Shown in pieces: positions 1-8,491 of a stretch of 35,962 nucleotides of DNA. Source of the stretch: an uncultured Collinsella sp. (GTDB taxonomy: Bacteria > Actinomycetota > Coriobacteriia > Coriobacteriales > Coriobacteriaceae). Both the position numbers and the translations under genes were made by a program. The stretch spans positions 1 to 35,962 of the forward strand of contig CAJJVE010000001.1 of the NCBI GenBank assembly GCA_905196265.1, in the 5' to 3' direction. Numbering within the stretch: position 1 is the stretch's first letter; every line of letters begins with the position of its first letter. The notes under the pieces are model-generated. The model was given only the letters and a program-made list of their open reading frames with translations. It had not been told where the DNA came from and searched no databases.

Positions 1-2
1 TC

Positions 3-203
3 GACGATGTCGAGCTGTCGATTTTGCGCCTTGCCTGCGAGGGCAAAAGCCGTCGCGAGATTGCGGCCGAGCTGTTTATGAGCGAGGGCACCATCAAGCG
101 TCGCATCTCGGAGATTCTAAGCAAGACCGGCTACGACAACATCATGCGTCTTGCCGTGCATGCGGTGACCGAGGGCAGCATCGTCCCCAATATGGAGCGC
201 TAA
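3..203 (+). CDS. LuxR/NarL-family helix-turn-helix regulator, C-terminal fragment (5' end outside window)
   Basis: Frame 3 reads DDVELSILRLACEGKSRREIAAELFMSEGTIKRRISEILSKTG...MER*, a LuxR HTH pattern; TAA at 201-203. Confidence 0.8.
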   Translation, partial: DDVELSILRLACEGKSRREIAAELFMSEGTIKRRISEILSKTGYDNIMRLAVHAVTEGSIVPNMER

Positions 204-223
204 AGCTCGTTACGCATCGGCAT

Positions 224-264
224 AAAAACGACGGGGCCGCAGGATCAACTCCTGCGGCCCCGTC
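224..264 (-). terminator. Rho-independent terminator between convergent genes
   Basis: Perfect 15-bp stem GACGGGGCCGCAGGA (230-244) / TCCTGCGGCCCCGTC (250-264); A5 at 224-228 gives a U-tract on the minus strand. Confidence 0.75.
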
Positions 265-312
265 TGGTGTGCGCGGATGCGTCCGCCAATCCGCGGCTGT
301 CGTGGTCTGCCG

Positions 313-1155
313 TTACGCGATGGTTGCGCTGTAGGAGGCGACGTCCTCGTAGGAATCGGTCAGATAGGCGTCGATGCCGATGGTCGTGTTGACCAGGTCG
401 TCAAGGCTGTCAAGCTCGCCGTTCGAGAACGTGAATTCCTCGGTGGCGTTGGTGCCGGGCATCAGGTGAGCCGAGAACCAGGGGTCCTTCATGGTGCCGT
501 TGACGTTGGTCTTGCCGGAAGGAGCGTAGAAGGTCAGGTCCTTGTCGCTCTTGTTGGTGATGTTGACGACAAAGCCGATGTCGCCCCAGTCGTCCTTGAA
601 CTTCTCGGTGATGGTGATGGTGCACAGGTCGTCATCGGCGACGGTGACGGCGGGGGAGATTTCGACGCTCTGGACATCGTCGTCTTCGACGGCCTCATCG
701 ATCTCTTCTTCCTTCTCGGCCGCCTCGCGATCCTTCTTCACCGTACCGGACAGGTCCTTGTCGGACTTCGTAAAGATAAGCTTGTCGCCTTCCACCTCAA
801 GGACGAGCTTGTCGTCCTTGAGCTTCAGGTCGTGCGACTCATCTTCGGCGGTAATCGTTACGGTGGTGGCGTCCTTGGCCTCCCATTTCAGGTCGGCGAC
901 CTCAAGGAACATGTCGAGGACGCCCGTGCCGTCTTCGTCGAGGATCAGGATACAGTTGAGGCCCCACTCCTTGAGCATATCCATGTACTCATCGGTGAGC
1001 TCTTCGCCGTCCAAGGTTCCACCCGAGTACTGCCAGCTGCCGACAAAGTTGGCCTTGGGGTCCTTGCCGCCGCCGCTGCAGCCCGTCAGGGCAAAGGCGA
1101 GCGCCAGGACGCATGTCAGGAATGCGAGTACGGACTTTTTGAACGTTGTCTTCAT
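313..1155 (-). CDS. Lipoprotein of unknown function (280 aa)
   Basis: Start MKTTFKKSVLAFLTCVLALAFALTGC with lipobox LTGC; AAAGGAGG RBS before ATG at 1155; acidic, beta-rich body (FVGSW motif). Confidence 0.8.
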   Translation of the reverse strand: MKTTFKKSVLAFLTCVLALAFALTGCSGGGKDPKANFVGSWQYSGGTLDGEELTDEYMDMLKEWGLNCILILDEDGTGVLDMFLEVADLKWEAKDATTVTITAEDESHDLKLKDDKLVLEVEGDKLIFTKSDKDLSGTVKKDREAAEKEEEIDEAVEDDDVQSVEISPAVTVADDDLCTITITEKFKDDWGDIGFVVNITNKSDKDLTFYAPSGKTNVNGTMKDPWFSAHLMPGTNATEEFTFSNGELDSLDDLVNTTIGIDAYLTDSYEDVASYSATIA

Positions 1156-1235
1156 GGTGTCCTCCTTTATCGAACGAAACCCATAGAAGCAAATGCGGGG
1201 GCGGCGGATCCCCCGCCAATTACCAGATAGAGGGG

Positions 1236-2477
1236 CTAGGGCCTGGGTGTTCCGCAGTTGCTGCAGAACTTGCCGCCGTTTTCGCTGCCGCAGTTGGGGC
1301 AGAACCACTTGGTCGGTGCCGGGGCGGGTGCGGGACTGCCACACTCGGGGCAGAACTTGCCGGTGTTGGTGGCACCGCAACTGCAGGTCCACGTGCCGGC
1401 CGCGGGGGCAGCGGCAGGAGCCGGTACGGGGGCGGGTGTCGGAGTCGGCTGTGGGGCAGCCTGCTGCTGTGCCTGGCCGGCGGCGAACAGCTGGCTGGCA
1501 TTCATGCCGCCCATGCCACCTGCCATGCCCATGCCCATGAAGCCCGCCATCGCGCCGTTGGGGTTGGCGGCTGCTGCGCGCATCGCATCGCTCTGGGCGC
1601 TGGCGATGTTGGCGGCTGCCATGGTGGGATCGCGCATGACCGCGGCCTTCTGCAGGTCCTTGATCATTTGCTCGTCTTCTTGCGAGGCGGCGATGGAGTT
1701 GACGCCAAAGCTCACGATCTCGACGCCGCGCAGGTCGCGCCAGTCGGCGGAGAGGACCTCGTTGAGCGCGCGGGCGAGCTCGGTGGTGTGCCCGGGGATG
1801 GCGCTGTAGCGGATGCCCATCTCCGATATCTTGGCAAAGGCGGGCTGCAGGGCGGTGAGCAGCTCGGACTTAAGCTGGCTGTCGATCTTATCGCGCGTGT
1901 AGCTATCGGTCACGTTGCCGCACACGTTGGTGTAGAACAGCAGCGGGTTGGTGATGCGGTACGAATACTCGCCGTTGCAGCGAACGGAGATGTCGACATC
2001 CAGGCCAATGTTGTTATCGACCACGCGGAAGGGCACAGGCGAGGCGGTGCCGTACTTGTTGCCGATGATCTCCTTGGTGTTGATGAAGTAGACGCGCTGG
2101 TCTTTGCCCGCGTCGCCGCCAAAGGTAAAGCGGCTGCCGATATTGGCGAACGTCTCCTTGATGGAGTCGCCCAGGTTGCCGCTAAAGACGCTCGGCTCGC
2201 TGCCGGTGTCAAAGACAAACTCGCCGGGCTCCAGCGCAACCTCGATGATCTTGCCGTTTTGCACCACGAGCATGCCCTGGCCGTCGTTGACGGCGATGAC
2301 CGAGCCGTTGGAGATGACGTTGTCCTCGCCGCGCGTGTTGGAGCTGCGGCCGCCGGTGCGCTTGCTGCCCTTGCAGGCCAAGACATCAGCGGGCATCGAT
2401 TCGCAATAGATAAATTCCTTCCACTGGTCGGCCATGACGCCGCCGGCAGCTCCCAATCCAGCTTTCAAGAGTCCCAT
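1236..2477 (-). CDS. SPFH/Band-7 domain protein with C-terminal double zinc ribbon (YdjI-like)
   Basis: ISNGSVIAV...EPGEF...QRVYFINTKE pattern of SPFH 'virion core'-type proteins; Ala/Pro linker; WTCSCG..GKFCPECG and WFCPNCG..GKFCSNCG; GAAAGGAAG RBS. Confidence 0.85.
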   Translation of the reverse strand: MGLLKAGLGAAGGVMADQWKEFIYCESMPADVLACKGSKRTGGRSSNTRGEDNVISNGSVIAVNDGQGMLVVQNGKIIEVALEPGEFVFDTGSEPSVFSGNLGDSIKETFANIGSRFTFGGDAGKDQRVYFINTKEIIGNKYGTASPVPFRVVDNNIGLDVDISVRCNGEYSYRITNPLLFYTNVCGNVTDSYTRDKIDSQLKSELLTALQPAFAKISEMGIRYSAIPGHTTELARALNEVLSADWRDLRGVEIVSFGVNSIAASQEDEQMIKDLQKAAVMRDPTMAAANIASAQSDAMRAAAANPNGAMAGFMGMGMAGGMGGMNASQLFAAGQAQQQAAPQPTPTPAPVPAPAAAPAAGTWTCSCGATNTGKFCPECGSPAPAPAPTKWFCPNCGSENGGKFCSNCGTPRP

Positions 2478-2525
2478 GGTGATCTTCCTTTCTCGTCAAA
2501 GGCCGGGTGGTATTGGTCAGAATGG

Positions 2526-3848
2526 TTAATCGTCTTTGTTGTCCTTCATGACAACGGTGGTCTCGGTGTGGCTGAAGGTGTCGTGCTTCTCGGTCAGGTC
2601 GAGCTCGCCACAGTAGTAATCGGCGTGGGTGGCCTCGTTGGCCGTCTTGAGCTGGCCCACCAGCAGCACGTCTGCGATGACCACGATGATCAGCGGCGCG
2701 ACGATGTTGATGAGGATGCCCTCGATATCAAAGGTGAGGAAATCCGGATCGAAGGCGTTCTCGCCCATAAAGAGAATCTGGGAGAGGACAAACCCGATCA
2801 CAAAGAACAGCACCGAGGCGATGGCGAGCTTGGGCTTGGAGCAGGGGAGCTCGCCGACCATGCGACCGGTCTGGCCGTTCATGGCAAACAGGTAGCTCTT
2901 GCCGTTCCACGAGGTGGAAAGCATCCACACGGGAAACAGGGCGTAGTCGCTGTCTTCCCAGGTGTAGTCGAGCTGCTTGCTTTCGACCGTGGCATCGTCA
3001 TATTCGTCGACGACGGTCTCGCGCAGGGCCGAGATCGTACTTTCTTCCATACGACGCTCGGCGCGCGCCTTGCAGGTTTCGCAATCCTCGTCGTAGCGGT
3101 TGGCGATGTAGCCGGGCATATACGCGACCGAAAACGGGCGCAGCGCGTCGTAGTCAAACGGCTCGATGGCGTCCATATGGCCGTCGGGCATCTTGGACGA
3201 TCCGTCGACGGGCACGCGCTCAAACGAGATATTGCCCTTACGGTAGGCGTCGTAGTGGTCGGTGGTCGTGACGGTGCGATCGGATTCCTCAGTCACGGTC
3301 TCGTTGGTCGCATCAAAGCACACTTCGCCGTCAACGCGGGCGCCGTAGAGCCAAAACGGCACGTAAACGCCTTGGACTTCGTCGATATGGTTGCCGGTGA
3401 CAAAGCTCTTGGGCAGCAGGATCTTGCCCTTGTAGTGCTCCTTGAGTGCGGCCGTGACATCGTCGCGCCCGAGTTTAAACGGGATCACCAGGTCGGGTGA
3501 GAAGTCGCCCGAAAGCTGACCGGGCGCTACGGCGGAGTTGCCGCAGTACGGGCAGGTGGTGACGGCGACGGTGCCGTCCGAGACCAGCTCGGCACCGCAC
3601 GACGAGCAGATGTAGCCGGCGTTTTGAGCCAGCTCCTGCACGGCATCGTCGACAGCAGGCTTGGGGACCGCGGCTGCGGCATCGGCTTTGGCATCGGCCT
3701 TGTCCTGGCGCTCGCGATAGAGGGCCTCGACTTCTTCGACTTCAAAACGCGAATCGCAGTAGTCGCAGACGAGCTTTTGCTCGGCACTGGCAAAGTGAAG
3801 GGGGCCGCCACATGCGGGGCACTGATAGTTGACACTCTCGAAGGCCAT
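2526..3848 (-). CDS. Zinc-ribbon membrane protein (YdjG-like)
   Basis: Four CxxC motifs (CPACG, CDYCD, CSSCG, CPYCG), GVYVPFW and MNGQTG motifs, two C-terminal TM helices. Confidence 0.75.
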   Translation of the reverse strand: MAFESVNYQCPACGGPLHFASAEQKLVCDYCDSRFEVEEVEALYRERQDKADAKADAAAAVPKPAVDDAVQELAQNAGYICSSCGAELVSDGTVAVTTCPYCGNSAVAPGQLSGDFSPDLVIPFKLGRDDVTAALKEHYKGKILLPKSFVTGNHIDEVQGVYVPFWLYGARVDGEVCFDATNETVTEESDRTVTTTDHYDAYRKGNISFERVPVDGSSKMPDGHMDAIEPFDYDALRPFSVAYMPGYIANRYDEDCETCKARAERRMEESTISALRETVVDEYDDATVESKQLDYTWEDSDYALFPVWMLSTSWNGKSYLFAMNGQTGRMVGELPCSKPKLAIASVLFFVIGFVLSQILFMGENAFDPDFLTFDIEGILINIVAPLIIVVIADVLLVGQLKTANEATHADYYCGELDLTEKHDTFSHTETTVVMKDNKDD

Positions 3849-3872
3849 GATCGGTCCTTTCCGTGCCGGAGA

Positions 3873-4610
3873 CTATGCGCCGATGGCGCCGCCGCAGTAT
3901 TCGCAGCGCCCGCTGGCATCGGGAATGGTGGTTGCACCGCAGAAGGGGCAGGTGACCGCGGCCTTGGGGGCCTTGGCGGCCACGACGCTGTCGCGCGTTT
4001 CCTGACGCAGCTGCACTAGCGCGTCGCGGACCTCGGTTGCCTGGCGCTTGGCCTCGCGGTATTCGATGGAACCGCGCTGCTCGATGGTGGAGTCGTTCAC
4101 GCGCAGGTTGATTTCGGTAAAGTACGGCGTGTTGACGTGGATGGTCAGATTGAAGTCGTAATCCAGGTCGTAGCGCGGCGGGTTATAGCTCTCGCGCTCG
4201 CCGTCCTTGGTCTCGCGATAAATCTCGGTGCGATGCTCGTCGATATCCATATCGCAACTGAGTACCTGCGAGAACTCGATGATGTCGGGATTGGCGTCGC
4301 GCCAGCGGCTCTGCGAGGTGATGATCAGCAGGCCCGCGTCTTCGTCGAGCATGATGTTGGTGCGCCCGGCAGAAAGCGTGCGCGTGGGGTTGAACGACGC
4401 CAAGCGCTCGGCATTGGCCTCGCGGTAGGCGAGCTGCTCGCGGATATCGTCCGCGGTGCTGGAGCGATAGCCGTGAAAGTAGGGGGAGAGCTTGCCGGCG
4501 CACTCTTTGCACAGGTAGCCTTCGTTGATTTTGGTCTTTCCCAAAAGTCCCAGCTCGGTACCGCAAATCGCGCACTCTTTCTTCTCGAACATCTTGTCAA
4601 AGAAGCCCAT
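3873..4610 (-). CDS. DUF4428-like zinc-binding protein
   Basis: N-terminal CAICG..LGLLGKTKINEGYLCKEC; C-terminal CPFCG..CEYCG; GGAGG RBS. Confidence 0.75.
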   Translation of the reverse strand: MGFFDKMFEKKECAICGTELGLLGKTKINEGYLCKECAGKLSPYFHGYRSSTADDIREQLAYREANAERLASFNPTRTLSAGRTNIMLDEDAGLLIITSQSRWRDANPDIIEFSQVLSCDMDIDEHRTEIYRETKDGERESYNPPRYDLDYDFNLTIHVNTPYFTEINLRVNDSTIEQRGSIEYREAKRQATEVRDALVQLRQETRDSVVAAKAPKAAVTCPFCGATTIPDASGRCEYCGGAIGA

Positions 4611-4728
4611 GGCTGCCTCCCATCAACAGGTAGCGTGTGTCACTTTTGATGATGGGCGAGCGCGCGATCTTTCACGATACCCAGACGGCTCAAGGAGTCT
4701 CCACAACTGGGACACATGGCCCATTTTT

Positions 4729-4763
4729 GACTAGTCATTGGGGACATTCTTAAACGACTAGTC
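4729..4763. repeat. 27-bp REP-like unit (family A), single copy bounded by GACTAGTC
   Basis: GACTAGTCATTGGGGACATTCTTAAACGACTAGTC; same unit recurs at 17471-17530 and 34224-34304. Confidence 0.85.
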
Positions 4764-4812
4764 AGCAAAGCGCCCGGCGAGCATTAGCTGCTCGCCGGGC
4801 GCCAATAATCTG

Positions 4813-4850
4813 CTGCCTACTCATTGGGGACGCACTTACATGAGTGGCAG
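4813..4850. repeat. Hairpin with TGGGGAC loop (variant of the REP-like family)
   Basis: CTGCCTACTCAT-TGGGGACGCACTTAC-ATGAGTGGCAG. Confidence 0.55.
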
Positions 4851-4889
4851 TTGGGGACACTCCATGCCGAATGCGGGGTCTGCCGCTCG

Positions 4890-6401
4890 CTATGCCACGG
4901 TCACGGCGACCTGGGCGTAGCGGCTGCAGGGGCGCTCGGTGCGCGTCTGCACGGTAAGGGTGAGCACGAAGCGGTCGCCGGGCTGCGCGTCGGCGGGCAC
5001 GACAAAAGCGGTGCTCACCGTGCATTCCTGCCACAGCGAAAGATCCTGCGTGCCTGCATAGCTCGACGGGTCCACGGCGACATCCCAATGCGCATCGAAG
5101 CCCTTGCCGTCGGGGTCGACGATGGCCGCTGCAAGGACGACACGCTCACCGGCTGCGGCGCCGCGGTCGGCCGTGACCTCGGCAACATGTGCCGGATGCG
5201 AACACGCTGCCGGATCATGGGCGCACCATTGCGCGCGGGCGGCAAAGTCTTCCTGATAGGCGCGCAGGTAGGGATTGGGGTTGCCGTCTATGGGCGTGCC
5301 GATAGCGGCAAACCCGGCGGGCGCGTCCGTATCGGGATGCCCGTCAAGAAACATGCGGCCGAGCAGCGTGTCGAAGTTGCGGTCATCGATACCGCGCAGG
5401 CCAAACGGCAGTAGTGGAATGTAGGTCATGCTGTCGCCTTCGGCCATAAAGTCGCCGCGCTCAAACTGCATCGCGGGCATGCCCTCTAGGCCCCAATCCA
5501 GATGGGCATGCTTGCCAAACTGGAATCGCTCGGGTTCGTTTTCGTAAGCCCTGCCATCGCCATAGAGCATGTAGCGCGCCATAAGGGGGCCATTGCCCTG
5601 CGTGAGGTTTTGCTCGGGCCAGGGAGCCTGAAACAGCGGCAGCGAATCGGGCTGCGCCATCTTGGCGTCGACATAGCCGCCATACATATAGGGCACGCAC
5701 CAAAAGATGAGCTCGGGAAAGAGCTCGCGTCCATGGTCGAGCCACGAATTGTCCTGCCCCACGCCATCGGCAACGCCCATCACGCGCACCTTCTGATAGA
5801 CACGCTGCTGCACGGAAGGCCACTCGGGCGTATCACGATAGCGCTCGGAAATGCTCATGAGGGCGCGAACGATCGTATTTATGCCGCCCCAGCTGAGCAG
5901 CCAAAGCGTGCGCGGGTCGTCGTCCATGATGGCGTCGGCGATGACCCGCGAACCTGGTGTTTCCTCGCGCACATCGCCCTCAAAAGCAACATTTCCCACA
6001 AACGTACGCTCGATCATCTGAGCCGGCGTAGGAAACGGCGGCTCGTCGGCGGCGACAGCATTGGCCTGCAGCTGCGGCCAAGCTTGGGCATATTCATTAC
6101 TCCAGAGACTTTCGATCCAATGCTCGGGAAACGGACGATACTCACGAAGCTCCCCGGCCAGCGGATCGGGCTCATGAGGCACAACAGCCCACTCGTAAGA
6201 GCGACGTCCCTTAGTCCGCCAATGCGAATTCACCTCGCCGAGCGTATGGACGCCATCGCCAAGAAAGTGATACTGCGAAGCCGTATACACCACAGCCTGA
6301 ACATCAAGCACATTAAGATACAGAGCCAAATGAACGAGTGAGTTCATATCGTCGACTTCCATATCAGTAGTAACAATCACCCGAGTTAACTCTTGGGACA
6401 T
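4890..6401 (-). CDS. DUF1593-like protein (nucleoside-hydrolase-like fold) with C-terminal Ig-like domain
   Basis: RVIVTTDMEVDDMNSLVHLALY...SQYH, LWLLSWGGINT, EGDS and DFAARAQW motifs; ATG at 6401 with GGAG RBS. Confidence 0.75.
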   Translation of the reverse strand: MSQELTRVIVTTDMEVDDMNSLVHLALYLNVLDVQAVVYTASQYHFLGDGVHTLGEVNSHWRTKGRRSYEWAVVPHEPDPLAGELREYRPFPEHWIESLWSNEYAQAWPQLQANAVAADEPPFPTPAQMIERTFVGNVAFEGDVREETPGSRVIADAIMDDDPRTLWLLSWGGINTIVRALMSISERYRDTPEWPSVQQRVYQKVRVMGVADGVGQDNSWLDHGRELFPELIFWCVPYMYGGYVDAKMAQPDSLPLFQAPWPEQNLTQGNGPLMARYMLYGDGRAYENEPERFQFGKHAHLDWGLEGMPAMQFERGDFMAEGDSMTYIPLLPFGLRGIDDRNFDTLLGRMFLDGHPDTDAPAGFAAIGTPIDGNPNPYLRAYQEDFAARAQWCAHDPAACSHPAHVAEVTADRGAAAGERVVLAAAIVDPDGKGFDAHWDVAVDPSSYAGTQDLSLWQECTVSTAFVVPADAQPGDRFVLTLTVQTRTERPCSRYAQVAVTVA

Positions 6402-6529
6402 AGGAGCAGCTCCAATCAAAATCAATTCAGCCAGTTACGCGCAAGGCAAGACGGGACCCACGCCCCCATCGCCATCGACCCGGCGTGCTGCCGGAAGCGG
6501 CCGGCCAGGGTTTCAGCAAGGGAAACATA

Positions 6530-6652
6530 GCGGGCACTGGGGTTTACCTCTGCAAACATTCCGCAGGGGGCATGGTCCGGCGCAGCGCGAAGCGCAAAGC
6601 GCCAGCCCATGCATGCCCGAGGACGTTTGCAGAGGTAAACCCCAGTGCCCGC
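6530..6652. repeat. Perfect 28-bp inverted repeat around a 67-bp spacer (MITE/REPIN-like)
   Basis: GCGGGCACTGGGGTTTACCTCTGCAAAC (6530-6557) / GTTTGCAGAGGTAAACCCCAGTGCCCGC (6625-6652). Confidence 0.85.
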
Positions 6653-6663
6653 GAAGGGACGGA

Positions 6664-8001
6664 TTACCTATCGACCCTGGCCGACCACTCCCAGCAGCCC
6701 ACCGGCTCGCCGTCGATAAGTACGTTGCCCCCGTCGAAGTCTTGATAACACAGGTCGTTGAATTGGTGGATCCACACGCCGTGGTTGAACGTCTTCTTAG
6801 GCGAGCCGTCGGCCTCGCGATACACGCCGGTCAGGTCCTCGACATGGCTAAAGTAGGTGAGGTGCACGTTGGCTCCGGCGTCACGCAGGCGCGCCGTGAG
6901 CGGCAGCACGGTCTGTTGCGGAGACACGAGCTCGTCGCCCTTGGAGTGCGTAAACCACAGCGGCGTCTTGGCGAGCGCAGCTACGTCCTCGTCGGTGGCG
7001 TTGTACCAGGGGGCACAGCAGGGAAGGCCTGCCGCGAAGAAATCGGGGTAGTCGGCGCACAGGCGCAGGGTCATAAAGCCGCCGTTGGAAAGGCCGGCGA
7101 CCACGATGCGGTCGGTGTCGATTCGGTCGGCGTGCTCGGCGACAAACTCGTCGATGAGTGCCTTGAGCACGGGGGAGTAGATGCTCTGGTTGGAGTGACC
7201 GAGCTGTTCGGCGCCGTTATCCATCCAAAACGTGGGCGACTGCGGCACGAGCACCCAGGCAAAGCCGCCAAAGTAGCGCTGGATCTGGCGCTGCGAGAGG
7301 GCAGTCACGCGGTTGCCGATATAGGCGCGCGCGGGGCCCTCGCCCTGCGTGGAGCCCTTGCCTTCGCCGGCGCCGTGCAGGTACACCACGAGCGGGGCCT
7401 TTTGGGGCACGACCGTGTCCTCAGGCGCAAAGGGATTGAAGCAGGCCGAGTCCTCTGCCTTAAAGCTGGGCTCAAAGAAGCCGTACTCGAGCGCGATGCC
7501 ATCAACGGCGGTCTTTTGTACGGCATTGCTCCAGCCCTTGAGCGCGGGGCAGATGTCGCCGCGACAGGTATCGAAGACCAGGCCGCAGGTGGGGTCGTCG
7601 CCGTCGTTGCCGGGAAGAGCTGCGAGCTGCGTGATGCGCAGCTGGTCATCGAGCATGCGCGAGCCCAGGACGCTGCCTTCGATCTTTTTGGTCAGGCGCT
7701 GCTCGGCAACCTCGAGTGCCACATGGGTGCCCACGGCGAGCTTGCGGCCGTTCTCGTCACACGGATACGCGGCGAGAACGTCGATGTAACCCACGGAGGG
7801 CGCGGCATGGTCGGCGCCGTGCTCCTTGCGCATCAGGACCTCGCCCGTGCGCTCGTGACGCTCTACATATATATGGAAAGCGTTCGCATCGACATCGTTG
7901 GCGCGCACGGTGCAGGGTAGGTCGAGAACGACTTTGCTGATCCAGGGGCCAAAGTCGCCCAAGGTGGTGACGGTTGCGTAGGTACACGATCTGAGTTCCA
8001 T
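6664..8001 (-). CDS. Alpha/beta-hydrolase (esterase / 'predicted peptidase') with N-terminal accessory domain
   Basis: PLVVYLHGAGE, VLVPQ, nucleophile elbow GLSNGG, HSKGD and NHGVW; AAAGGAGG RBS before ATG at 8001. Confidence 0.85.
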   Translation of the reverse strand: MELRSCTYATVTTLGDFGPWISKVVLDLPCTVRANDVDANAFHIYVERHERTGEVLMRKEHGADHAAPSVGYIDVLAAYPCDENGRKLAVGTHVALEVAEQRLTKKIEGSVLGSRMLDDQLRITQLAALPGNDGDDPTCGLVFDTCRGDICPALKGWSNAVQKTAVDGIALEYGFFEPSFKAEDSACFNPFAPEDTVVPQKAPLVVYLHGAGEGKGSTQGEGPARAYIGNRVTALSQRQIQRYFGGFAWVLVPQSPTFWMDNGAEQLGHSNQSIYSPVLKALIDEFVAEHADRIDTDRIVVAGLSNGGFMTLRLCADYPDFFAAGLPCCAPWYNATDEDVAALAKTPLWFTHSKGDELVSPQQTVLPLTARLRDAGANVHLTYFSHVEDLTGVYREADGSPKKTFNHGVWIHQFNDLCYQDFDGGNVLIDGEPVGCWEWSARVDR

Positions 8002-8049
8002 GAGCTGCCTCCTTTGCGCCGCGAGCGGTTGGCATTTGCGGCAATACAA

Positions 8050-8385
8050 ACTAAACATGTTTAGTGTAAAACAGAATTAGAGAATAAGCAGATGAACTCG
8101 GTAAACGGTCACATCAAACACTCAATGAACTACTAAACACTCGTTTACTACTATCTAGCAGGGCTTTTGTTGATGAGTCAACAAGGAATTTGGGTGACAG
8201 ATTATATAAAATCCCACGTAGACGGCCATTTATAAATAAACGGCACTATATGTAATGCTTTGGCATTCAATTACGTTCACCCCCGATTTCCTACCGTTCA
8301 CCGGACTGCAAACGGCAAAACTGCCACAAATTCAACGCTGCGTGTAAACTAAGCGCTGTAAACGTTCAGTAAACAGATTGTTTAC
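8050..8385. promoter_or_regulatory. AT-rich divergent promoter region with TAAAC...GTTTA palindromic operators
   Basis: Perfect ACTAAACATGTTTAGT (8050-8065); TAAACACTCGTTTA (8134-8147); GTAAACAGATTGTTTAC (8369-8385). Confidence 0.6.
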
Positions 8386-8491
8386 GACAGCGTATCCAAG
8401 GGTTCGGTAACCGTAAGGGGTTATAGTCACCGGGCCAAAGGCGTGCCTGCGCCCAAGCGATTAGGCACACGATGATATGGGGAGGGGTCCC

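Noticed and set aside
1236..2477. Prophage origin suggested by the 'virion core protein' label often given to this SPFH family
   Set aside because: No phage structural, integrase or replication genes nearby; the family is a common bacterial membrane scaffold.
1146..3500. 784-aa plus-strand ORF, and similar long ORFs at 8366-9925, 17622-19703, 22867-24762 and 32025-33533
   Set aside because: Antisense shadows of well-supported genes; expected in high-GC DNA and lacking any recognisable motif.
8301..8326. Possible BglG-type RAT antiterminator site before the PTS gene (ACTGCAAACGGCAAAAC)
   Set aside because: Only partial resemblance, no overlapping terminator before the gene and no BglG/LicT gene nearby.
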